A stretch of DNA of 64,000 bases, from the NCBI GenBank assembly GCA_963750165.1, contig CAVVPN010000003.1, positions 3,168,001-3,232,000 of the forward strand, written 5' to 3'. The notes below the pieces were generated by a model. The model searched no databases. It saw only the letters and a program-made list of their open reading frames with translations, and was not told where the DNA came from. Positions 46,601 through 57,100 of the stretch are shown in pieces (position 1 is the stretch's first letter; each line of letters begins with the position of its first letter). A program made the position numbers and the translations under genes. The DNA comes from an uncultured Gemmataceae bacterium (GTDB lineage: Bacteria; Planctomycetota; Planctomycetia; Gemmatales; Gemmataceae).

Positions 46601-49600
46601 ATTGCCGGTTCGACAGGCCACTTCACCAAGGACGTGCTCAACCTGGGCACCGCCGTACTGACGCTGGGCGGCACCTCGACGTTGAACCTCGACCTGGCCG
46701 GCCTGACCTCCGCCACCGGCGGCCCGATCACCATCATCCAGGACGGCGGCACCACCGGGACGTTCACCACCGTCAACCTCCTCAACAGCCCGAACGGCGT
46801 CACGGCTGTTTTGGGCTACACGGCCAACACGGTGACGGTGAACATTGTCGCGTCCATCACACACCTGGGCATCAGCGCCCCGGCCACGGTCACGGCCAAC
46901 ATCCCCTTCACGTTCACGGTGACGGCCCTGGACGCCTTCAACAACCCGGTCTCGGGTTACCTGGGGACGGTACACTTCACCAAGAGCGACAGCGGCACCG
47001 GCTCGGCCGTGCCCGCCGACTACACCTTCGTGGCCGGCGACCACGGCGTCCACACCTTCACGGGCGGTGCCACCTTCGTGACCCTCGGCAGCCAGACGCT
47101 GACTGCCACCGACACCGTCACCAGTTCCATCACCGGCACCACTTCCGTCACCGTCAGCAACACTGCCAACCCCGCCACCCACTTCCTGGTCAGCGCCCCG
47201 AGCAGCGCCAGCGCCGGGAGCGCCTTCAGTTTCACGGTGACGGCCCTGGACGCCTCCAACAACCCGACCGCGGGCTACACGGGCACGATCCACTTCACCA
47301 GTTCGGACGGCGCCGCCACGCTGCCGGCCAACGCCATGCTGACCAACGGCACCGGCACCTTCACTGCCACCCTGAACACCGGCGGCAGCCAGACGATTAC
47401 TGCCACCGATACGGTGACCAGCAGCATCACCGGCACCAGCAACATCATCAACGTCAGCACTGCCGCCAACCCCGCCACGCATTTTGTGGTCAGCGCCCCG
47501 AGCAGCGCCATCGCGGGCAATGCCTTCCTGGTCATGGTGACGGCACAGGACCAGTTCAACAACACCGCCACGGGCTACACGGGGACGGTCCACTTCACCA
47601 GCACCGACGGCACCGCCACGCTGCCGGCCAACGCCATGCTGACCAACGGCGTCGGCTACTTTGTCGTCACGCTGAAGACCGCCGGCAGCCAGACCGTGAC
47701 CGCCACCGACACGGTGACCAGCACCATCACCGGCACCAGCAGCGCCATCACGGTCAGCGCCGCCGCGGCCACGCACTTCGGCGTCACCGCTCCCGCCACG
47801 GCCACCGCCGGGACGGCCTTCAGTTTCACGGTGACGGCCCTGGACGCCTACAACAACACGGCGACGGGCTACAGCGGCACCGTCCACTTCACCAGCACGG
47901 ACGGCAGCGCCGTATTGCCGGCGAACGGCACGCTCACCAGCGGCACCGGCACCTTCAGCGCCACGCTGAAGACGGCGGGTAGCCAGACCTTGACCGCCAC
48001 CGACACCGTCACCAGTTCCATCACCGGCACCAGCGGCGCCATCACGGTCAGCGCCGCCGCCGCCAGCCACTTCAGCGTCACGGCCCCGGCCACGGCCACG
48101 GCAGGCAGCGCCTTCAGCTTCACGGTCACGGCGCAGGACGCCTTCAACAACACCGCCACGGGTTACAGCGGCACCGTCCACTTCACCAGTAGCGACGGCC
48201 AGGCCGTGGTCCCGGCCAACAGCACGCTCACCAGCGGTGTGGGCACCTTCAGCGCCACGCTGAAGACGGCGGGTAGCCAGACCCTGACCGCCACCGACAC
48301 GGTGACCAGCAGCATCACCGGCACCAGCGGCACGGTCACGGTCAGCGCCGCCGCCGCCAGCCACTTTAGCGTCACCGCCCCGGCCACGGCCACGGCGGGC
48401 AGCGCCTTCAGCTTCACGGTCACGGCCCTGGACGCCTTTAACAACACCGCCACGGGTTACAGCGGCACCGTCCACTTCACCAGCACCGACGCTCAGGCCG
48501 TGGTCCCGGCGAACAGCACGCTCACCAGCGGCACCGGCACCTTCAGCGCCACGCTGAAGACGGCGGGTAGCCAGACCCTGACCGCCACCGACACCGTCAC
48601 CAGTTCCATCACCGGCACCAGCGGCGCCATCACGGTCAGCGCCGCCGCCCTGAGTCGCTTGCTGGTCAGCACCCCGGCCGGCGCCACCACCGGCACCCCC
48701 ATCAGCTTCACCGTCACCGCCGTGGACGCCTATGGCAACGCCGCCGCCGGCTACAGCGGCACCGTCCACTTCACCAGTTCCGACGCCGCCGCCACCCTGC
48801 CCGCCGACAGTCCCCTGACCAGCGGCACCGGCACCTTCAGCGCCACCTTCGCCACCAGCGGCGCCCAGACCCTGACCGCCACCGACACGGTCACCAGCAG
48901 CATCACCGGCACCAGCACCGTTGCGGTACGCGGCCTGGTGGTCACCGCCTTCACGCCCACGCCCACCGGCTTCACCGTCGCCTTCAGCAAGCCGTTCGTC
49001 AACAGCAGTGCCAGCCCGCTCAACCTTTACGACGCCGGCTCCGCCGGCTACGGCGCCGCCGATGTCACCCTGGTCGGCTCCGGCGGCATTGGTACGGTCA
49101 AGGGTTCGCTGCTCATCGACCCGAGCAACCAGAGCTTCACCTTCCTCAAGACCGACCTGGTCACCGGCGGCGGCACCTCCGGCCTGCTGGCGGCCGGCAC
49201 CTACACCGTCACCCTGGTCAGCGGCGCCACTGCCTTCAAGGACGCCACCGGCGCCCCGCTCGACGGCAACAACGACGGCGTCAACGGCGACAGCTACGTC
49301 ACCACCTTCACCGTGGCGGCCAACACCGCGGTGGTAGTGACCGTGCCCGACTTCGCCCGCGGCCCCGACGCCACCGACCCGATCAACCTGCCCAACAGCG
49401 GCACCAATGGCATCCCCATCGCCCTGAATAACGGCGCCGGCGTCACCGACGGCACCTTCGTGCTCAACTACAACTCCAACCTGCTGACCATCACCGGCGG
49501 CACCGTCAACTCCGCGCTCACCGGGGCCACCTTCACCGTCAGCACCTCCGGCAGCGGCACCAGCGCTCAGGCGACCATCACCTTCCACACTCCGACGGCG

Positions 49601-50928
49601 CTGGCGTCCGGGGTGGTGCGGCTCGGCGGCCTGACGGCCACCGTGCCGGCCAACGCGCCATACAAGTCCAAGGAACTGCTGCACTGGGCGAGCCTGTCGC
49701 TCAACAGTGGGGCCATTGCGGCGGTGGGCGACGATGCCGTCCATGCGGTGGCGTTCCTGGGCGATGTCTCGGGAGACGGCACCTACACCAGCGCCGACAG
49801 CGTGTTGATCTCGAACGTGGCGGCGGCCAAGGACAGCGGTTTCGCCGCCTACCCAATCCTCGACCCGGCGGTCGTCGGCGACATCACCGGCGACGGCCGC
49901 ATCACCTCGGCGGACGCCACGGCGCTGAACCTGTACCTGGGCGGGTCCATGTCCACCCTGGTGCCGCCATACCCCGGCGCGCCGAGCAACAACCCGAGCG
50001 GCCCCGACCCGGCGCTGAGCATCCCCACCGACCTGCGGGTGGGCTCGGGCGGGTCGGTGACGGTGCCGGTGAACATCGACGACCCGCACCCCAAGGGCAG
50101 CACGGGGCTCACGCAGGCGCTGCTGGCGCTGACCTACGATCCGGCGGTGTTCGCCGTGTCGGCGGCAGACATCCAGCTGGGCAGTGTGCCGGCCGCGGGC
50201 ACGGGCTGGACGCTGCAGGCACACGTGGACGCGGCGACAGGCCAGATCGGCATCGTGCTGTTCAGTGACGTGCCGATCACCAGCGCAGCGGGCGGCAGCC
50301 TGGTAACCATCGACTTCCACGTGCAGCCAGGGGCGCTGGCGGGAGCGAGCGCGATCAACCTGGCAGCACAGGTTAACCCGAACGGCCAGGGGGTGATCGC
50401 GACAGCGCTGGACGACGACCAGGGGCCGCTGACGCTGCATCCGGCGCCGACCGACGCGGCAACCGACACAGGCGTGGACGGCCAGGTGACGGTGGTTGCC
50501 GCGACCGCCCCGGGGAAGCCGGCGGTTGGTGCCGGCAAGAACGAGGTGGTTGTGGACGGCGGGTCGGTGACCGACGTGTCCACCGCAGCTGTGGCGGTCA
50601 AGCCGGTGCTGGTCGTGACCGCGCCGGTAGCGAACGGCCTGCTGCCGTTCGCCCTGCCGTCCGTCGGGGCGCCCGGGGCGTGGCGGATCAGGTGTTTCTC
50701 GCCCTGGCCGCGAGCACGGGCGCGGCCGCGCCGGCGGGCGACGGCAACCCGGCCGGCCAGTCGGGAGCGGCGTGGGTGAATGAGGCGCAGTTGTGGGCGG
50801 AGGTGGAAGCCGAGCCCGACTGGCTCACGGGGTTGGCGGGGGCGTCGGCAGATGGGGCCGGCCAGCCGTGGGGCCTCGATTTCACGGCCGCAGCTGGGCG
50901 GATCCCTGGCTCTCCGGATCTCTCGTGA
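16607..50928 (+). CDS. Giant (~11,400 aa) secreted beta-helical adhesin-like protein with passenger-associated repeats, lectin/CBM inserts, Ig repeats and C-terminal cohesin-dockerin-cohesin; apparent frameshift at ~50665-50680
   Basis: Uninterrupted ORF 16607-50779 with strong codon bias. Planctomycete leader LWLEALEDRTLLS and dozens of LTKxGxGTLxLxxxNTYTG repeats. Natural-looking acidic tail (VADQVFLALAA...) continues in ORF 50680-50928. Confidence 0.93.
17333..17830 (+). other. PA14 domain 1 of giant protein 1
   Basis: NFAAVWNGML...FTSTSDDAMKVYVDGMLVVNNDGSHG...INLTPGLHNLRVLYAQSSGG. Confidence 0.85.
18809..20155 (+). other. Two CBM-like jelly-roll domains (18809-19276, 19694-20155)
   Basis: NGDFETG/NPGFETG..GW start, LTFW, GWTQTTFDMTPYAG, MYVDDV end. 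Confidence 0.75.
22541..23260 (+). other. Third CBM-like domain, circularly permuted, with a nested insertion
   Basis: Same LTFW..DWQD..LATIFH.C.TQGWTQTTFDMTP..MYVDD core, but NVVVNPGFE follows the last strand; ~78-aa insert at ~22812-23045. Confidence 0.7.
23855..24451 (+). other. L-type (legume-like) lectin domain
   Basis: GWTLNGGA, LTLTD, SAWYDVPV, ADGAGFVLQ, GAGGGSKGY, AYMGFTGGTGG, QTISNFAF. Confidence 0.85.
36470..36940 (+). other. PA14 domain 2
   Basis: SGYLNIVTPGNYTFQFLGDDGAVVYLDGVLI...LAAGLHSLQIRVNNNTGG..LNYSGPD. Confidence 0.8.
38657..39094 (+). other. Galactose-binding-like (DUF642/CBM-like) domain
   Basis: VPNFSFETP...SFSQSLTF..GTYAITFYSAGR...HTLGFVG...SFIDNISI. Confidence 0.7.
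46858..48930 (+). repeat. Seven tandem ~98-aa Ig-like repeats in giant protein 1
   Basis: THFxVxAPxxATAGxAFxFTVTAxDxxNNxATGYxGTVHFTSxD...TAGSQTLTATDT x7; same family as the giant 2 repeats. Confidence 0.9.
49331..49759 (+). other. Cohesin-like domain preceding the dockerin
   Basis: VPDFARGP...GIPIAL...GTFVLNYNSNLLTITG...ATITF...LGGLTATVPANAPY. Confidence 0.55.
49760..49945 (+). other. Dockerin (type I-like) domain
   Basis: Duplicated Ca-loop/helix: GDVSGDGTYTSADSVLI and GDITGDGRITSADATAL. Confidence 0.85.
50012..50497 (+). other. Cohesin-like domain following the dockerin
   Basis: GSVTVPVNI...GL..A.LALTYDPAVF.V...GQIGIVLF...GSLVTIDFHV...SAINL...DGQVTV. Confidence 0.75.
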
Positions 50929-51014
50929 ACGGCAACCCAGGGCACGGTGTCACTGGCAATCCGGAGTTGGGTGGTTCGGTTGTTCCTGCCGTGCCGGTAA
51001 AGGGGGGAAGCTGC

Positions 51015-51092
51015 GTAAAAAAAACCGCCCAGAACAACCGACACTTTTTACTTGAGGATGGCGTATAGTCATTATAAAGGTTAATTTATGTG
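51015..51092 (+). promoter_or_regulatory. AT-rich promoter-like region upstream of giant gene 2
   Basis: Locally AT-rich; TTTACT-17bp-CATTAT (51047-51075) and TATAGT (51064-51069). Confidence 0.4.
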
Positions 51093-51198
51093 AGATGCGT
51101 TTCGGGCAACCGGAGCGCACGGGGGCTGAGCTGTCTTGGCAACCCCGGGTCCGCGTGCGGCTCTTCGTTTCTGAGTCCTGACACAAGTGAGTGGCAAC

Positions 51199-54100
51199 AT
51201 GTTCTTCTTCAGGTGGCGCGGCCCAGCAAAACGGGGTCATCGGGTTCCTTCGATGCGCGGCGTGGCCGGGCGGCCACGCAAGCGGCTGGGGGTCGAACTG
51301 CTGGAGAGCCGCGTCCTGCCGGCCAATTCCGCCTATATCAGCATGCCGACGAACCTGTCGGCCAACCAGGGCACGGTGGTGACCGTGCCCGTGACCATCA
51401 ACCACCTGTTCGACGCCGCCGGCAACCAGGGCCTGGCCGGGGCCGATGTCACCCTGACCTACGACCCCAACGTCTTCACCGTGGGGGACGCAGACATCAC
51501 CGTGGGCTCCCTGCTCACCAACCCGCCCCCCAACGGCACCTGGAATTTCGTGGAGAACACCGCCACACCGGGTGAGGTGGACCTGTCCGTGTCCACGTCC
51601 AGCGCCACCGCCTTCGTGACCAGCATGACGGGCGGCATCCTGGCCGACATCAGCTTCCACGTCAAGGGCGCGGCCCCGACCGGCAACAGCACCATCCAGG
51701 TCGTGACCCCACCCGCTTCCTCCCCCAACGGCAACAGCACCGACGCCCTGCCCGCCACCGGCCCCAACTCGCCGTCCGGCGACTTCGCCGGCTACACCCT
51801 GAGCGCCGCTGACCAGGTGAACGGCGTGGTCAACATCCAGAACTTCTCCCCGGTCACGACCCTGAGCCTGCCCGTCAACCTGCCCGCCATCCCGGGGCAA
51901 ACCATCACCGTGCCGGTGAACATCGCCAACCCCGACCCGGTCGGCAGTGCCGGCATGATCTCGGCGGACACGGCCATCATTTACGACCCGAACGTGCTGA
52001 CCGTGGCCAGCGCGGGTGCCGTGGCCCTGGGGAGCGACGTGCCGGCCACCGGCTGGTCGTTGACCTACGGGGTGGACACCAGCGGCAACAACACGGTGGA
52101 TTCGACCAAGGCCGCCCTGGGTCTGCACCTGACCAACACCAACTCGACGCCCCTGACCAGCACCAGCGCCGGCAGCCTGTGGCTGGTGACGTTCACGGTC
52201 AACGCCGCCGCCCCCACGGAGACGACGATCCTGAACCTGGTGCCGAGTGCCCGGGTGGGCGCCTCGATTACCACCACGAACGTCACCGGCGCCAACAAGG
52301 TGTATCAGTTGACCCCGGCGCCGACGAACGCCACCACGGACACGGTGGACGGCAGTGTCCAGATCAGCGGCAGCACCACGGGGGCGACGCACTTCAGCGT
52401 CAGCGGCCCGGCCACGGCCACGGCGGGGACGGCCGCCAGCTTCACGGTGACGGCGTTGGACGCCAGCAACAACCCGGTTTCGGGTTACACGGGCACGGTG
52501 CATTTCACGAGCACGGACGGCCAGGCGGTGCTGCCGGCGAACGCCATGCTGACCAACGGTGTCGGCACGTTCAACGTCACCTTCCACACGTCGGGCAACC
52601 AGACCGTGACGGCCACCGACACGGTGACCAGTAGCATCACCGGCACCAGCGGCCCGGTCGCCGTCAGCGCCGCGGCGGCCACGCACTTCAGCGTCAGCGC
52701 TCCCAGCAGTGCCACGGCGGGCAGCGCCTTCAACTTCACGGTGACGGCGCAGGACCAGTTCAACAACACGGCGACGGGCTACAGCGGCACAGTCCACTTC
52801 ACGAGCACGGACGGCCAGGCGGTGCTGCCGGCCAATAGTACGCTCACCAGCGGTGTCGGCACCTTCAGCGTCACGCTCAAGACCGCTGGCAACCAGACGC
52901 TCACGGCCACTGATACGGCGACCAGCACGATCACCGGCACCAGCGCCGCCATCGCCGTCAGCGCCGCCGCCGCCACGCACTTCAGCGTCACCGCTCCGGC
53001 CACGGCCACCGTTGGGACGGCGTTCAGCGTGACGGTGACGGCCCTGGATCCGTACAACAACACGGCGACGGGCTACACCGGCACCGTCCACTTCACCAGC
53101 ACCGACGGCAGCGCCGTGCTGCCGGCCAACAGCACCCTGACCAACGGCACCCACACCTTCAGCGCCACCCTGCAGACGGCCGGCAACCAGACCCTGACCG
53201 CCACCGACACGGTCACCAGCACCATCACCGGCACCAGCGCCGCCATCAGCGTCAGTGCCTCGACCGCCAGCTCCGCCTACATCAGCATGCCGACGAACCT
53301 GTCGGCCAACCAGGGCACGGTGGTGACCGTACCCGTGACCATCAACCACCTGTTCGACGCCGCCGGCAACCAGGGCCTGGCCGGCGCCGATGTCACCCTG
53401 ACCTACGACCCCAACGTCTTCACCGTGGGGGACGCAGACATCACCGTGGGCTCCCTGCTCACCAACCCGCCTCCCAACGGCACCTGGAACTTCGTGGAGA
53501 ACACCGCCACACCGGGCGAGGTGGACCTGTCCGTGTCCACGTCCAGCGCCACCGCCTTCGTGACCAGCATGACGGGCGGCATCCTGGCCGACATCAGCTT
53601 CCACGTCAAGGGCGCGGCCCCGACCGGCAACAGCACCATCCAGGTCGTGACCCCACCCGCTTCCTCCCCCAACGGCAACAGCACCGATGCCCTGCCCGCC
53701 ACCGGCCCCAACTCGCCGTCCGGCGACTTCGCCGGCTACACCCTGAGCGCCGCTGACCAGGTGAACGGCGTGGTCAACATCCAGAACTTCTCCCCGGTCA
53801 CGACCCTGAGCCTGCCCGTCAACCTGCCCGCCATCCCGGGGCAAACCATCACCGTGCCGGTGAACATCGCCAACCCCGACCCGGTCGGCAGTGCCGGCAT
53901 GATCTCGGCGGACACGGCCATCATTTACGACCCGAACGTGCTGACCGTGGCCAGCGCGGGTGCCGTGGCCCTGGGGAGCGACGTGCCGGCCACCGGCTGG
54001 TCGTTGACCTACGGGGTGGACACCAGCGGCAACAACACGGTGGATTCGACCAAGGCCGCCCTGGGCCTGCACCTGACCAACACCAACTCGACGCCCCTGA

Positions 54101-57100
54101 CCAGCACCAGCGCCGGCAGCCTGTGGCTGGTGACGTTCACGGTCAACGCCGCCGCCCCCACGGAGACGACGATCCTGAACCTGGTGCCGAGTGCCCGGGT
54201 GGGCGCCTCGATTACCACCACGAACGTCACCGGCGCCAACAAGGTGTATCAGTTGACCCCGGCGCCGACGAACGCCACCACGGACACGGTGGACGGCAGT
54301 GTCCAGATCAGCGGCAGCACCACGGGGGCGACGCACTTCAGCGTCAGCGGCCCGGCCACGGCCACGGCGGGGACGGCTGCCAGCTTCACGGTGACGGCGT
54401 TGGACGCCAGCAACAACCCGGTTTCGGGTTACACGGGCACGGTGCATTTCACGAGCACGGACGGCCAGGCGGTGCTGCCGGCGAACGCCATGCTGACCAA
54501 CGGTGTCGGCACGTTCAACGTCACCTTCCACACGTCGGGCAACCAGACCGTGACGGCCACCGACACGGTGACCAGCAGTATCACCGGCACCAGCGGGCCG
54601 GTCGCCGTCAGCGCCGCGGCGGCCACGCACTTCAGCGTCAGCGCTCCCAGCAGCGTCGCGGCGGGCAGCGCCTTCAACGTTACGGTGACGGCGCAGGACC
54701 AGTTCAACAACACCGCCACCAGCTACACCGGCACGGTCCACTTCACCAGCACGGATGGCCAGGCGGTGCTGCCGGCCAACAGCACGCTGACCAACGGCAC
54801 CGGCACCTTCAGCGTGACGCTCAAGACCGCCGGCAACCAGACCCTGACGGCCACTGATACGGCGACCAGCACGATCACCGGCACCAGCGCCGCCATCGCC
54901 GTCAGCGCCGCCGCCGCCACGCACTTCAGCGTCACTGCTCCGGCCACAGCCACGGCGGGCAGCGCCTTCAACGTTACGGTGACGGCGCAGGACCAGTTCA
55001 ACAACACCGCCACCAGCTACAGCGGCACCGTCCACTTCACGAGCACGGACGGCCAGGCGGTGCTGCCGGCCAATAGTACGCTGACCAACGGCACCGGCAC
55101 CTTCAGCGTGACGCTCAAGACCGCCGGCAACCAGACCCTGACGGCCACTGATACGGCGACCAGCACGATCACCGGCACCAGCGCCGCCATCGCCGTCAGC
55201 GCCGCCGCCGCCACGCACTTCAGCGTCACCGCTCCGGCCACGGCCACCGTTGGGACGGCGTTCAGCGTGACGGTGACGGCCCTGGATCCGTACAACAACA
55301 CGGCGACGGGCTACACCGGCACCGTCCACTTCACCAGCACCGACGGCAGCGCCGTGCTGCCGGCCAACAGCACCCTGACCAACGGCACCCACACCTTCAG
55401 CGCCACCCTGCAGACGGCCGGCAACCAGACCCTGACCGCCACCGACACGGTCACCAGCACCATCACCGGCACCAGCGCCGCCATCAGCGTCAGTGCCTCG
55501 ACCGCCAGCTCCGCCTACATCAGCATGCCGACGAACCTGTCGGCCAACCAGGGCACGGTGGTGACCGTACCCGTGACCATCAACCACCTGTTCGACGCCG
55601 CCGGCAACCAGGGCCTGGCCGGCGCCGATGTCACCCTGACCTACGACCCCAACGTCTTCACCGTGGGGGACGCAGACATCACCGTGGGCTCCCTGCTCAC
55701 CAACCCGCCTCCCAACGGCACCTGGAACTTCGTGGAGAACACCGCCACACCGGGCGAGGTGGACCTGTCCGTGTCCACGTCCAGCGCCACCGCCTTCGTG
55801 ACCAGCATGACGGGCGGCATCCTGGCCGACATCAGCTTCCACGTCAAGGGCGCGGCCCCGACCGGCAACAGCACCATCCAGGTCGTGACCCCACCCGCTT
55901 CCTCCCCCAACGGCAACAGCACCGATGCCCTGCCCGCCACCGGCCCCAACTCGCCGTCCGGCGACTTCGCCGGCTACACCCTGAGCGCCGCTGACCAGGT
56001 GAACGGCGTGGTCAACATCCAGAACTTCTCTCCGGTCACGACCCTGAGCCTGCCCATCAACCTGCCCGCCATCCCGGGGCAAACCATCACCGTGCCGGTG
56101 AACATCGCCAACCCCGACCCGGTCGGCAGTGCCGGCATGATCTCGGCGGACACGGCCATCATTTACGACCCGAACGTGCTGACCGTGGCCAGCGCGGGTG
56201 CCGTGGCCCTGGGGAGCGACGTGCCGGCCACCGGCTGGTCGTTGACCTACGGGGTGGACACCAGCGGCAACAACACGGTGGATTCGACCAAGGCCGCCCT
56301 GGGTCTGCACCTGACCAACACCAACTCGACGCCCCTGACCAGCACCAGCGCCGGCAGCCTGTGGCTGGTGACGTTCACGGTCAACGCCGCCGCCCCCACG
56401 GAGACGACGATCCTGAACCTGGTGCCGAGTGCCCGGGTGGGCGCCTCGATTACCACCACGAACGTCACCGGCGCCAACAAGGTGTATCAGTTGACCCCGG
56501 CGCCGACGAACGCCACCACGGACACGGTGGACGGCAGTGTCCAGATCAGCGGCAGCACCACGGGGGCGACGCACTTCAGCGTCAGCGGCCCGGCCACGGC
56601 CACGGCGGGGACGGCCGCCAGCTTCACGGTGACGGCGTTGGACGCCAGCAACAACCCGGTTTCGGGTTACACGGGCACGGTGCATTTCACGAGCACGGAT
56701 GGCCAGGCGGTGCTGCCGGCGAACGCCATGCTGACCAACGGTGTCGGCACGTTCAACGTCACCTTCCACACGTCGGGCAATCAGACCGTGACGGCCACCG
56801 ACACGGTGACCAGTAGCATCACCGGCACCAGCGGGCCGGTCGCCGTCAGCGCCGCGGCGGCCACGCACTTCAGCGTCAGCGCCCCCAGCAGTGCCACGGC
56901 GGGCAGCGCCTTCAACGTTACGGTGACGGCGCAGGACGCCTTCAACAACACCGCCACCAGCTACAGCGGCACCGTCCACTTCACCAGCACGGACGGCCAG
57001 GCGGTGCTGCCGGCCAACAGCACGCTGACCAACGGCACCGGCACCTTCAGCGTGACGCTCAAGACCGCCGGCAACCAGACGCTGACCGCCACCGACACGG

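Noticed and set aside
49331..56553. Classical cellulosome
   Set aside because: No glycoside hydrolase or other catalytic domain is recognisable in either giant within the window; the GH57 gene has no signal peptide or dockerin
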